Shown piece after piece: positions 12,681-25,180 of a stretch of DNA of 64,000 nucleotides. Location of the stretch: contig NC_045696.1 of NCBI RefSeq assembly GCF_009834535.1, positions 110,300,001-110,364,000 on the forward strand. The letters are read 5' to 3'. The notes beneath the pieces were generated by a model. It worked only from the letters and a program-made list of their open reading frames with translations, made no database searches and was not told where the DNA came from. Position 1 is the first letter of the stretch. Every line of letters begins with the position of its first letter. The DNA is from Camelus ferus. Lineage: Eukaryota. The position numbers and the translations under genes were made by a program.

Positions 12681-12759
12681 ATTAGTGAAGTATGCAAATT
12701 TCATGGTTCCTTCCTTGCCCACAGTTCCTACAAGAGCATCTCTCTACACTATATGTCCC

Positions 12760-13218
12760 AAACCCACATCCATTCACAGAAGTGTGGACCTCACCCCAAA
12801 GTAGCCAATCCTGGATCACCCATAACTTGTGTGGTCTAGTTCAAATAAATAAGCTAGACTATTCTAGATTTTTTTCACTTGAGAATTTGAACTAAGAGAC
12901 ATCAAATTGACCATCAATTTGCAGTGGGACATAAAGCTGGACATTGATGATGTAGTTAGGGGCTAGGGTTGAGAAGCCATGGGATCATATTTGAGTGGAC
13001 AGGTACACCAAGGAATCCCATCTGCCACGAGAGGGGAATGGAGCAGGTGTGCAGATGAGAGCGGGGAGATGTCCCTGGGAGGAGGAGAGTGTGACTGCAG
13101 CTTCCAATGGTTATTCTACTATCGTTCAAGTTCATGAATGGACCCTTATTATGAACTTTACCTTATTTGAGTAATCTTGAGTGGGGCTCCTTTGTAGTCA
13201 AAAGAGCACTAATGAACA
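12760..13218 (+). mobile_element. Old ERVL-class solo LTR (LTR67B-like)
   Basis: gagaatttgaactaagagac...ggagcaggtgtgcagatgagag; ends ttgagtggggctcc...aaaagagcactaatgaaca. Confidence 0.55.
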
Positions 13219-13224
13219 ATAAGC

Positions 13225-13740
13225 CTCCATGTAATGGCATAAAACAATAACCATGCCATTATATTCATAGATTCTGTGGGTGAGGAATTTACACTTGGCT
13301 CAGCAAGAATGACTTGCCTCTTTTTCGTGCTCTGCAAAGTCCTGGACCTCAGCTGGGAATATTTAAAAGGCTGGAGGCTTGGAAAAATCTGGAAGCTTCT
13401 TTACTCACATACATGGTGCCTTGGTTGAGATTGTCAGGTGGAATGCTTACACATGACCTCTTCATATGGCTTGAGCCTCCTCGCGGCATGGCAGCCCCAG
13501 AAGAGATGGACATTTTATATGCCAATTTAGGGCTTCAAGAGCAAGTATTGCAACAGACGAGGCAGAACATGTATGGTCTTTTACAAAATAGGCTTGGAAG
13601 TCACATAGCATCACTTCCACCATATCTTATTCATTAAAGCACTTACAAGCCAGCACAGAATCAAGAAGAGGAGAGACAGACCCCATCTCTGGATGGAAAG
13701 GGTGTCAAAGAATTTGAAACCACGTCTTAAAGCCACCACA
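13225..13740 (-). mobile_element. MaLR LTR (MLT1H-like)
   Basis: ggaagtcacatagcatcacttccaccatat...cagaccccatctctggatggaaagggtgtcaaagaatttg...ccaccaca. Confidence 0.8.
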
Positions 13741-14004
13741 GCGTGCTAAAAGTAAGCTGCTTTTCAAAGAGAGTCTGTGTTCACAGATTCCAGCGTGAGG
13801 AATAAGATCTCACAGAGAAGAGGAGAGTGTTTGCAAGTATCTTAAACTACAATCTACTGAATCTGCTCATCACCACAGAAATGATATGGTGTGGCATCAG
13901 GGTTTTTGAGTTGCACAGGGGTCAGGATACTATATACCTTTCTTTCCAAAATTTTCTTCCCCAAATTCATTGAGACACAGATTTAGGACAACATAAATTA
14001 CATT

Positions 14005-14740
14005 GGTTTAGAATATACGCAGAACTCTTATACCTCAGTAATAAGAAGACAAACAACCTGACCAAAAAAAAGAGTAAGTTATTGAATAGATATTTCACCA
14101 AAAAAGACATAATGACAGCTAATAAGCACATAAAAAGACACTCAGCATCGTTAGTCATTAGGGAAATGTAAATTTAAACCACAATGACAGAACACTTCAC
14201 ATCCTCTAGAATGGCTATAATTATAAAAAGACAGAAAATAACAAATGTTGGTGAGGATGTGGAGAAACTGAGCCCTCATATATTGCTAGTAGGAATGTAA
14301 AATGATGCAGTCACTTTGGAGAGCAGCTTGGCAGTATGTTATAAAGTTAACTATAAATTTACCATATGGCCCAGCAATTCTACTCTTAAGTATCTTCCCA
14401 AGGGAAGTAAAAGCACATATTCACACAAAGACTTGCACATGAATGTTCTTAGCAAAATCATTAATAATAGCCAAGTATTGAAAGCAACCTAAATGCCCAA
14501 TAACCAGTGAATGGATAAGTAAAATGTACATTCACACAATGAAATACTTATTCAACAATGAAAAGGAACGGATTCCTGATACATGCTATGACGTGGATTA
14601 AATCCAGAAACATTATGTTAAGTGAAAGAAGAGAATATAAGAGACCACATGTTACGTGGTGCCATTTATATGAAATTTACATAAAAGGCAAATCTACAAA
14701 GACTGAAAGCAGTTACTGGTTACCTGGGGGGTGGCTGGGG
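14005..14740 (+). mobile_element. L1MB-type 3' region
   Basis: ORF2 end and 3'UTR: atgttggtgaggatgtggagaaactg...accatatggcccagcaattctactc...cacacaaagacttgcacatgaatgttc. Confidence 0.88.
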
Positions 14741-14909
14741 GATAAATCCTTTAAAATCTTTCAGTACACAAAGCTTTGTCTCCTGTCTGAATTCTCATCT
14801 TTCAGACATGACAGGACCTGGGCTCATTTCTCTTCCGTCTTCAGGTAGCAAGACCACAAGCAGACAATGTACCTGCTGGTTGGTGGTTGATCATGGTTAA
14901 CTGATTGAA

Positions 14910-15130
14910 GCCAAGGAGTGCAGAGATTAAGAGATGGGTTTGGAGTCAGAAAGACCAGCGGTCAAATCTTGCCTCCTTATTTAACTCGTGGGTGAACTTG
15001 ACTAAATTTCTAGACAACAGATTTTTCACGTTACAAAATGAAGATTAAATGGTGCGAGCCTCAGAGAATTGTCAGAATTAGATGAGCATGTGTTTTGGAA
15101 ACATATTAATGGTAGTTCTGAACCATTACT
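14910..15130 (+). mobile_element. MIR SINE
   Basis: gattaagagatgggtttggagtcagaaagacc...ctcagagaattgtcagaattagatgag. Confidence 0.7.
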
Positions 15131-16151
15131 AAGTGATAGAGCAGTATTTCCCTCATCCACTACAGTTTTAAAAATATATAATTGTTCGAGCAAATAAAGA
15201 AAACTGCTTGAAAAATACTGTATTTAAATGAGATATTTAAATTTTTAACTATAGATTTTGTATTTCAGCACTTAATAGACACTCAATAAATGTTAGTTGA
15301 AAAACAATTTTTTAAACTCCCATATAGCTCTTGTTACATTGTCTTAATATAGAAGTTAAAGCATGATCCAACTTTGTTCTTATTTTCAGATCTTATGAGT
15401 TAAAGTCTTTCTTTTTTTAAACTGACTAGCTTATACTCATTTGTTTCAAGGGCTGGGACAGAGAACTACAAGATTTTGGATAAGTATGCTATCAGAATTT
15501 TTCAGCTTCTCCTTTAGCTGTTGGCTATCAATACTCTAGATATCTCTTCTGTAGTTTTGATAATGTGGGTCTGGTCTTTTCTTCTCAATTAGTGGTTACT
15601 GATCATATAGACGTCTTCCCAATCTCAACTAACAAAAGGATGAAAAACCCAGAACAAAATACAGTATCTCCTCTCTTGTTCTCAGTTCCTATCTTCCCTG
15701 ACCTTCTCTCCAAGCAGCAAGGGAGGGAGGAGTGAGCCCTGCAGACTCCAGCCCCACCTCCATAGGAAGGCTGCTTTCAACAATCTGATGGGAGGCATTT
15801 TCCACTCTATTTAAAGAATAAAGACATCTTTTTCCTCCTGAAAGATGTCTCCTGCTGCTGACTGCTCTTCCAGATATCACTTGAAATTAAATTCAATGGG
15901 AGCGCCTTTACTGCTGAAGCTGGCCGTGCAACTTGCAACTTTCACAGTCCAGGCAAAGAAAAAGGCACTAAAAGGAATTTTAGAGACTTTTATTCCAGTC
16001 CTCTTGAGTAAGGAATTTACTTCTGATCTAACTGTCTTAGTAAGAGTTCCTTCAGACTAATGTTTTAAAGATTTTGTGTCTATTACATGCCTGTAGGAAA
16101 ACGTTCTGGAATGGGAGCAGTTCTGAACAGATTCAAAGCATTTCATAACCA

Positions 16152-16327
16152 CAGTGGTTCTCAAACCTTTGTGGGCTTCAGAACTACCTGGAGGTTTGTG
16201 AAGCAGATCGCTGCTCCTGCCCCATCCCAGTTTCTGATTCAGCAGATCTAGGATGGGGACACAGAATTCACATTTCTGGCAAGTTGCCAGGTGATGCCCA
16301 TGCTGCTGGTCTGGGGACCACATTGTG
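16152..16327. mobile_element. MER5A MITE
   Basis: cagtggttctcaaa TIR...tttctgattcagcagatctaggatgggg...gctgctggtctggggaccacatt. Confidence 0.88.
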
Positions 16328-17526
16328 CCATCATTCTAGAAGCACGACTTCTCTGTCTGCTGACCCAGATTCTTAGAGTCACCATGATTAACTGCAGTAT
16401 TCGAACAAATGATTTTCCATTGTGAATCTTCTGAATGAAGAACAACTCTGAAATCTGAACTACTCTAAGTGCTTGTTTGTTTTTTTTTAACATAGACTTT
16501 TGTTGCCTAGGAACAGACTGAGCTAGGAAGAGATTTCTTAACCAGAGTGTTCCCAGTTCAAGATTTTATTTCCTACCAGCCATAAATACCTTCAAGCAGG
16601 GCACTTCTCTTTCCAGGTCTCTGCTATCCAATCCCTACACAAGATTTATATACATATATATTTTTTTTTTCTTATCACATACTTTTTTTAAAATGATGAA
16701 AAGTAAAATAATTGGGTCATATAAGAATTTAAAACAAGGTGAGTGTTGATACACATGTTACTGATTCTCACATTTGTCCTTTGTGTGGACATTACAAAAT
16801 TACACGGCAGTTTATCTTCTTCCCTTTGTGCGAGTGGAGGGTACGTGATGAGAAAAGTACCATCATATGATTTACAGGAAGTTGTAACCTGGGAAATTCT
16901 TAGCATAGGTTTCACTTTATAGGATAGAGATGGTTCCCAAAAAGTTGAGTATAAATGAACCTGAATATTAAATCCAATTCTCTTACTGGTTCTCATTATG
17001 AAATTAAAGATAGACTGCTTGGGAGGGTGGGGGGAAATGTCTCTAAGACATTATAAATGTTTACGTAAGAATTTAATGAACTCTTTGAATAGAAAAAAAA
17101 TGATAATTTTCTGATAAAAATACTAGCCAAACGTATGCCACAAATTATGAATACCAAATAGCTAGGATCATTCTCATATTTGATACACTTGCTTAAAGGT
17201 CAGGGGCAAAAAACTGTCAGGCTAGCTGAAGAGAATTTCCTGGATGAAATGTCACTAAGAAAGCCAGCAATGATACTCTGTAGCAATTAGCACATGCTGG
17301 GGAAAACATGCTCAGAAAATGCCAGCGTGGGCCAGGAGACCTGAAAATGCTTTAACGCCAGTCTGTCTGGCATGGTATATCAAGCTGATTCTTTAGAGTT
17401 AAAATGTTGGTAGAGAAATTCCTTTAAGCAGCAGTGCTGCTGAGTGGTAAGACCACAGACTCATAACGAGGCAGCTTAGGTCCTGTTCCTAACTTTGCAA
17501 CATTGAAGCTGCACGAACAGAACGTT

Positions 17527-17652
17527 ACTGTCACAAACCAGCAGTATTGGAATCACCCGGGAGCTTGTTAGACATGTAGGCTCAGCCCCAGCCCAGACCC
17601 ACTGAATCAGAATCTGCCCTTTAAGATCCTTGACTGATTCATGGGCACCTTA
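17527..17652. mobile_element. MER5A/B MITE, with its end displaced to ~18077-18097
   Basis: cagcagtattggaatcacccgggagcttgttaga...cccagacccactgaatcagaatctgc. Confidence 0.8.
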
Positions 17653-18076
17653 CGTACTGGATGCTGGATATGCTTCCCAGTTCCCCCTTCAGGACTGAGC
17701 TGCTTACTCTCCCGGTGGCTGAGGACGCTCTCCTTCTCTGGAAAATGCTCTTGGCTAGAGAGAGCTGCTTCACCTAGGTCCTGCCTCCTTCTTCCCCAAG
17801 GGCGGCCTTCATCCGATGACTGGTCGGTGTGGAGGTCTTGGCCCCCTCACCCTACTTAGAACCCCTCTGAAGCCCACCTCAGCTTCAGAGCTTCCCCTGG
17901 TGCTGACACAGGCTACTGCTAAGACTGCATTTGGTCCACACACTCTTTCTGCCCAATACCAACCCTTTCGTCTCTTGCCGTCTACAGGTGTTGGTCCTGA
18001 GAACATTTCTTATTGAACTTCCTACACGCTAAACTTCATCTCTGGATCTGCTTTCTGGAGAACCCAACCTGCAGCA
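17653..18076 (+). mobile_element. ERVL solo LTR (LTR16 family)
   Basis: ccccttcaggactgag...cagcttcagagcttcccc...caggtgttggtcct...tctgctttctggagaacccaacctgcagca. Confidence 0.82.
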
Positions 18077-18969
18077 ACACTGACATTTGAAATGCTTGAA
18101 CTTTGGTCATGTAGCTTCATTTCTGGCTCTTCAGTTTTCTCATTTGTAAATTGGGGATAGTAACAGTATCCTCATGGTGTGCTGTGAGGGTTAAATTGCC
18201 TAACAATTGTAAACAGTTGTAAAGTACAGAGAGCACTGACTGGCTCCTGCAGTGTCACAAAGTGTGAGTCATTGTTAAGAGTGAGTCTGTGGATAAAGAG
18301 TTAACAACCACAAAAGCTCAGATTCCTTGTGTTTTGTTTTGTTTTGTTTGTTTGTTTTTTACAACTACTACCACTAACATGCAAAAATTAGGTTCAATTG
18401 GGGATTAATCTATTTATTTATGTAAATAAGTCGCTTTGCAAAGGCTGATGGGAAGGAAGTGTAGGAACCCATATAGTAACATGTTATCTGAATTAGAATA
18501 AAAAATATCAAGCTGATAAAGGCAAGGAGGTTACACTGCCTTTGGAATATAGACAGTGAAATTCTTATTTCCCCTCAGACAGAAAATAGTATAAGACAGA
18601 AAAGAGCTCTATGACATGAATCAAAAAGACTTGGAAGCATTAGATTCAGATATTTCCAAGGGAGGAGGGATCTTTTCTGTCTAGTCCCACTGTTCATTCA
18701 GGAGTGGGAAAGGATATGAAAAGGCAATTCAAGGAGGGTGAAACTTGAATTCCCAATAAATAAGAAAACTCAACTTCATTATGAATTCATAGGATGAAAA
18801 ATAAAACAATAATCAGAAGCAATTTTACTTATCAGATTCATAAAAGTTAAAAAAAAAAATCTGGTAAAACCAAGTCATGGCAAGGCTGTGAAGGAACATA
18901 AACTCTCACACACTGATTTGGGGAGTGTGAATTGTTATAGCTTTCTGGAAAGCAATTTGATAAGTTCTG

Positions 18970-19360
18970 GCGTCTTAGTTCTATTTGGGCTATTATAACA
19001 AAAATACCGTTGACTTGGTGGCTTAAACAACAATTTATTTCTTAAAATTCCAGAGACTGTGAAGTCCAAGACCAAGGCACTGGCAGGTTCGGCGTCTGGT
19101 GAGAGCCCATTTCCTGGCTCACAAATGGCTGTCTCCCTGTGTCCTCACGACAGGGAGGCGTGAGGACCTTTCTGGAGTCTCTTTTCCAACAGCACTAATC
19201 CCATTCTTGGGTGCTGCAGCCTCATGTCCTAACTGTCTCTGAAAGGCCCCACCTCCAAGTACCGTCACAGTGGAGATTAGGTTTCAATACCTAATTTTTT
19301 CTTCACTATGAACTATTAATACATGAATTTTGAGGGGACACAAACATTCAATCTATAGTA
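18970..19360 (-). mobile_element. MaLR LTR (MLT1A/A0)
   Basis: gtcttagtt...ggcttaaacaac...gaagtccaagaccaaggcactggcagg...ggacacaaacattcaatctatagta. Confidence 0.88.
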
Positions 19361-19431
19361 TGTAGTAAATTGGAAGATGTGCCTTCCCAATTACCCAGCA
19401 ATTTCAACTTCTAGTTGTATTCCTTTAGACT

Positions 19432-19610
19432 GCAATGATTCTCAACTATAGTAATTTTGTCCTCCAGGACATTGAGCAATGCCTGGAGGCATTTTTCATC
19501 GTCCCTACTGGCATCTAGCGAGTAGAGGATACTGCTAAACATCCTACAATGCACAGGTCAGCCTCTTACAAAAAGTATTTCTTGGTTCAAAGTGTCAGTA
19601 GTGTTAAAGC
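19432..19610. mobile_element. MER20 hAT-Charlie MITE
   Basis: ctactggcatctagcgagtagaggatactgctaaacatcctacaatgcacagg. Confidence 0.85.
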
Positions 19611-19714
19611 ATAAAGAGTGTTCTGAGTGACAAAGGCACATTGCAAAGAGAAGTGGATTTCTGCTTCCATTTATGACACATTTTAGAAACTTGAACACTT
19701 GTATATTTAGGGAA

Positions 19715-20136
19715 GTTGTCTGCCAAAATGGACAGGATAATTTCCCCTCTATATTCATCTCCATGTAAAGTCCTCTTCCACAATGACTAAGCTGTGTGAT
19801 TTGCTCTGACTAATAGGATAATAGCAAGCTTGCCACAAACAGAGCCTTGATCAGTGCTTGGGCATCATGCCTTGCCCTCTCTTGATGCTCTTGGGTGCCC
19901 TGTGACCACAACAATGTGTATGATCACAGGGCCATTCTGTTAGATGACGAGATACATGATCAAGCAATTCCTGTCATACCAGCTGACTGCTGAGCCAACT
20001 TCCAGACACATTTGTGAAGCCAACTAGAGATCTACTCCCTACCCCAGAAAGAAGAACTGCCCAGCTGACCTATGGAACTGTGAGAAATAATACTAAGCCA
20101 TCATGCTTTGCTACATATCAAAAGATAACTGATACA
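19715..20136 (+). mobile_element. MaLR LTR (MLT1H-like)
   Basis: tgtgtgatttgctctgactaatagg...agaactgcccagctgacc...gataactgataca. Confidence 0.78.
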
Positions 20137-20329
20137 ATTGTCCAAAGAGAACACACAGGCAGTAATGGTCTAAAAGCACAGATGGGTAGATAAAACAAAC
20201 ACCCCTCTGGATAATGATTAATCCTAGACAACGATTCTGGATGGTAACTATCTCCCTGAAAGAGGGAGGGGATTGAAAATGAGGATGTAACATTTTCTTA
20301 GAAATGATCACAGAAAGGTCTTCTAGTTT

Positions 20330-22140
20330 AACTTCTGACATGTGAAGAGCTTGGAAGATGTCTCATCCTTACAATAAGAAATTAATCTCAAGAAACTGAA
20401 AATCAATGACTTTTCTTGTACCCATAAGAGAATTCAAGTCACAAAGCACACTGCCACCCTGAAATCTGGAAAGACAGGCAAATACAGAGACTCACAGCTG
20501 AGATCAGCTTGCTTGGAGCATCAGCTGCTAGAGCCATGAACTGGTAGGAACACTTAGTCTGTCATTTTGATGAATTGGAGGCGGAGGGTGGACTAGCGTG
20601 AAAGCGAGCAGCACCTGGAGGGCATGGTATCGGGGGTCCCCACACTATCGTGGGTCTTGTTTCCAGGAACTCTACTAGGTTCTCATGGTGGAGTCAAGGA
20701 AAATCCCCCTGTGTCTCTCGTAGCACAGGGGAAAGTGTAACAGCTTTGAAATACACCCAGAGAATTCTTCATGACAAAGACCTACTCTCCAGGTAAAAAG
20801 ACTTGACGGGAGCCGTATCTCACCTAGGAGGAAAGGCAATTGCTCGCTTCCAGCACCTTCTAGCCTTCTTGTCTCACGTAAGGGGGGAAACCATATAGGC
20901 GGAAACACTTGTGAAGGTCACAGCCCAGGGTCACAGACCCAGTAAAAGACTGAGATTTAATCACAAGATTATAGAATACTTCCCCTCTGCCACATCTTAA
21001 CATCAACTCAACAGGGCTCCAGTAAAATAAGAGTGGGTGACAGCAGACAGGGCTGTAAGGTGCAAACTCTGTTTAAGAAGGGGTCCTTAGGGAAATCCAA
21101 AGATGACAGGGGAGAAAGAAGCAAGGACACTAAAGGAATTAGAAGTTTCCAGAACTACAGCTACAGCCAGTTCCAGGCACAGCCCAGCTCGCAACCACGG
21201 TAACATAAAAGTTTTAGTCAATGAAGGTGAAAAAAGGTCTAGTCACAAGAGTGCCTGTGATTTGGTACATCATATTTAGCTCTCCACAACAACAAGAACA
21301 AAATACAAGGTGTGCTAAAGGCAAGGGGAAAAAAAAACACAGAGTCTGAAGAGACAAAGCAAGTATCAGAACCAGACTCAGATATGATGCATTTTGGAAT
21401 TATCAGATAGGGAATTCAAAATAATTAGGACTAATATGTTAAGGGCCTCATGGAAAAAGCAGACAACCTGCAAGAATAGACAGGTAATATAAGCAGAGAG
21501 ACTGAAATGCTAAGCAAGAATCAAAAGGAAATGCTAGAAATAAAAATTAATGCATCAAAAATGAAGAATGTCTTTGATAAACTCATCAGTAGACCAGATA
21601 CAACCAAGAAAAGAATCATTAAGCTTGAAGAAATGGCAATAGAAATGTTCCAAACTGAAATGCAAAGAGAAAAAAGCAATGAAAAAAAAATGCAACATGA
21701 TATCCAAGAACTGTGGGACAATTTCAAAATCTATCAAGAGAAGAAAGAAAAAAAAATGGGGCAGAAGGAATATTTGAAGTGATAAAGCAGGAAATTTTCC
21801 AAAATCAATGGCAGACACCAAATCTCAAATTTAGAAAGCTTAGAGAATATCACCATAATTTATAGAATAAATATCCCCCCAAATTTCCTCCTATGCATAT
21901 CATATTTAAACTACAGAAAGCCAAAAATCTTTAAAGAAGCCAAAGGGGGAAACACCTTGCCTACAGAGGAACAAGTAAAAATTACAGTGAACGTCTTGTC
22001 AGAAACTATGCAAGCAAGAAAGAAGTGGAGTTGAATATTTAAAGTGCTGAAAGAAAAAAAAATCACACATCTAGAATTCTATATCCAGTGAAATTGTCCT
22101 TCAAAAGCCAAAGAGAAATACTCTCTCAGACAAACAAAAA
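20330..22140 (+). mobile_element. Old L1 5'UTR plus ORF1 remnant (L1MC/L1MD 5'-end type)
   Basis: ORF 21507-21782 (NQKEMLEIK...KNVFDKLISR...IQELWDNFK) is the L1 ORF1 coiled coil; ORF1 C-terminal DNA agaattctatatccagtgaaattgtccttcaaa near 22075; 5'UTR-like sequence upstream. Confidence 0.85.
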
Positions 22141-23579
22141 TTGGGTCTGAATTTAGTCTTGAGAGATTTTTCAGACATGCAACATTTTCTAACTTCCATT
22201 TTCAGTGCAAGAACTATCTCCACAACCTTCAGGAAAGGTCCTAATCTTATGCATTGTAAAGTCCACCTTTATTTGCTCTCTTTCCCATAATCCTATGTCT
22301 GGAAACTAGAAGGACTCTAAATCTCTGAAACTAAATTCTTCTCAGACTTTTTTTTGGGAGGGGGGCAAAATTGGAAACCAGAGATGTGTGTAGATCTGAC
22401 AATTAGAATGTTTCAGGTGCACAAAACTAAATTATCACCATTTTGGCTGGGTTGACCATTAGGTAATGTTTATCTTTATGTCCAAGCTAAATCTTATCAC
22501 TTCTTATAAATTATCAGCAAAGCCATGCTTATTTAGTTCTTAATAGTGTTTGGGTGTTATGTTGTAGTATCCTTAATTATTTATGCTTTAAGAGATAGCT
22601 TCGAATCAAAATTGGTATTTTAACCCAATTTCCTTTAGAGCACATTTTAAATCCCTATTACAGTTAAATGATTTATTCTAATTGTTTTCTCCACAAATCA
22701 AAAGTGGTGGGTAGGCTTATTTTTCCTTTTAAAAATATCTGTTTTCTTTTGTAATTTTCCACAAGCAAGAATGAAATTGAAAATCTATAGCCTTAGCAAT
22801 TTAAAAAATGACATAGTTATTATGCCAACATGCCGGGGAGGCAGCACCGTAAGCAACTTGCTCTGGAACACCTGCTAAAAATACTTGTGCCATAAAAGGT
22901 ACATTTTTCTGCTAGATATTTATTAAAAAAGTAAGTAAACACATACCCTCCAGTGAAACAGCTTCTTTTCATGAAAGCACAAAGGAAACACGAATTAGAA
23001 ATAAAACAACAACAATGAAAATAGGAATCCAATTCATTTCATTTTCCGGAGGGATTTTTGCAGAGTAATTGACATGTTTTAAACACACCGTTAGCAAATT
23101 GAATGTTTATTCAGTAACTTTCCAGCTTTAATTGTTTTTTTCCTACAAAACATAGTAAACAAATGCATTCCTTGAGGTTTTGACAATTGGTTCTCTATTC
23201 TCCATTCCCCAGAACTCAATTAACGAGGCTCTATACCTCATTCACACGGCACATGTATGTTAAGTTTGGAATTATTAAGAGAATAGGGTTTGATTCACCT
23301 TTTATTGGGTGGTATATGAAAAGTTTTGAATGGATGTGACTTCATATTAGCTTCTCTTAATGCCAATTCCCAGGAGTTAAGTGGGTTTTATTGAGTATTT
23401 AGATCTGCTTTGTAATAATGTAAACTGTGTCTAGCACAGTGCTTGCCTTATATAATTACCATTCCAATAAGGTGCACAGTTCATGGTAGAAATTATCATC
23501 TAAGAAATACATGCTGCCTGCTCTTGAAAGTCCCCCAAATGGCTGTATCATTCTGAGGTTTTCCATGGAGGGGACTGAA

Positions 23580-24040
23580 GTGCACCCTGACAGTACCTGC
23601 CCTGGGCTCTGCACTGGGCTCTGCACTGCAGTCGGCCTGACCTGGTGGCTTCATTTCCCAGGCTCCGGGTCAGGTGGCTTCGGCCAATGGGAGGTGCTTG
23701 TGAGAGTCTGGAGGGCAGCAGGAAGGGAGAAGCCAGGGCCTTTCTCCAGCAGCTTCTCCTACTGCAGCTGGGTTGCCTTCGCTGCTCTAGTTCATGCAAA
23801 CAGGTCTTTGTGGTTTCACCTTCTTCCTGGTAACTGGGGCCCCTGGGCTCAGGTAACACCACCTTCCCCCTTGGTCCCTCCAGCCTAAAGGTGAGAGTAG
23901 CTTCTTGCTGTGGCTAATCTCTGTGCTGTTTCCAGGTCTGAGGTTGGCTTCACAGATCTTCTATCACCCCTTAACAACCCCTTGTATCTGATTCCAGAAC
24001 ACTTAAGTAGTTTCCGTTTTCTCAGTTAGATCTGACCAAT
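23580..24040 (+). mobile_element. ERVL solo LTR (LTR33-like)
   Basis: ttcggccaatgggaggtg...gggagaagccaggg...ggtccctccagcctaaaggtg...gctaatctctg. Confidence 0.78.
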
Positions 24041-24044
24041 ATGT

Positions 24045-24420
24045 TAATTAACTTGAGAAGATAAAGGGCGTTTGTTGGAAGACGGCTGGAGTCATTTACA
24101 AATTGGAGGGATACTGAACAAACAAGGCTTGAGAGTATACGTCCTGGGACAGTTTTAGGAAACATGATATCAGGAATTCAAGGGCAACCATTTAAGCTCT
24201 GCCCTCATATAACTCAGCTACCTTCTGTCCCGTGCGCCTCTCCCCTGGGGATTCAAATTTCCAGCAGAGGGAACTTCATCAGTGAAGCTTGGGGCACAGG
24301 TCGACCCCTGTGATGCTGGTGTGATAGTCGTGGTGGTGGTGGGGATGTTTGAGAGAGTCAAAAGAATCCCAAAGAAGAGAAGGCAGAAGTGTTCCTGGAC
24401 AGACGCAGTAACATGTCCAC
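24045..24420 (-). mobile_element. Old MaLR LTR (MLT1K/L/M-like)
   Basis: gattcaaatttccagcagag...agcttggggcacaggt...acatgtccact; degenerate. Confidence 0.45.
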
Positions 24421-24804
24421 TGCTGTAACACTGACCTCGCCATGCTCCGATTTTGGTCCTGAATCTTATGTGCTCAAGACACTGATTTGGTGGGCACTCT
24501 GAGAATGAGTCCATGTCCTAGCAACAGACTCATATTAATAAGGTTTGCAGAGGCTGAGTATCAAAAGGCTAGCTTACTTATTTATAATGAAAAATACAAC
24601 TGTCAGGTAAGCTAGATGCTGAAGATGGCCTGAGCAGAACATTCTTTCTTTTTAGGCAAACCACATGGAAATGAGATGATAGAAAATTAATTTGTGGGCA
24701 TGAAGTTACACCAAAGGTATGATTTGAAATCACATGTATCTTGAATATTGAGACATCCTGAGAGGTGTCTCTCCACATCGGTAATCTGGGATACTGTTAC
24801 TCAC

Positions 24805-25180
24805 CATTGCAGGTTGGGTTCTCAGGAAGTAATGCTGAGACAGTTCGGGGTGCACTCAAACCAGGGGAAGGAAGAGGGAGGAAGCAGGACAGGGAAAGGG
24901 GAGATGGTAGGCGGTGAGGTAGCCCTAGCTCACCCAGCAGGGAGCGTGGAGCCAGTCCTCCCCATGCAAGTTGTCCAGTATCGGGTCAAGATAGCAGAAC
25001 TGTACATTCCTGCCTCACTCAGTCACTGAGTACGCCTGCCTTGAGAAGGTCAAGTCCTTGGACTGGCCGCTCTCTGCAGCTAAGGCAGACCCTGAAGTTG
25101 CTGGATGGCACACCTTTGTGCCACCCAAACTCACTGTGAGCAGCTCTTGCTCCGGAAGTGGCCCAACTCCGAGCACTTGG
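24805..25180 (-). mobile_element. ERVL solo LTR (LTR16 family)
   Basis: tgcaggttgggttctcaggaag...ggaggaagcaggacaggg...ctctctgcagctaaggcagaccctgaag. Confidence 0.75.

Larger units (their letters stand above)
17430..18280 (+). mobile_element. MIR interrupted by MER5 and LTR16
   Basis: MIR 5' part at ~17430-17520; core resumes at ~18098 (cagttttctcatttgtaaattggggatagtaacagtatcctcatgg). Confidence 0.7.
18710..20285 (+). mobile_element. Ancient L1ME fragments hosting MLT1A, MER20 and MLT1H insertions
   Basis: L1 segments at ~18710-18968, 19361-19430 (acccagcaatttcaacttctag), ~19630-19710 and ~20160-20285. Confidence 0.65.

Noticed and set aside
16844..16965. Box C/D snoRNA (GTGATGA...CTGA)
   Set aside because: No terminal stem or recognisable rRNA antisense element; these short motifs occur by chance
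21507..21782. Coiled-coil protein CDS
   Set aside because: Fragment of a decayed L1 ORF1
23602..23628. 12-bp tandem duplication ctgggctctgca (also aaaccatgagaa twice near 3968-3993)
   Set aside because: Two-copy local slippage duplications with no array structure
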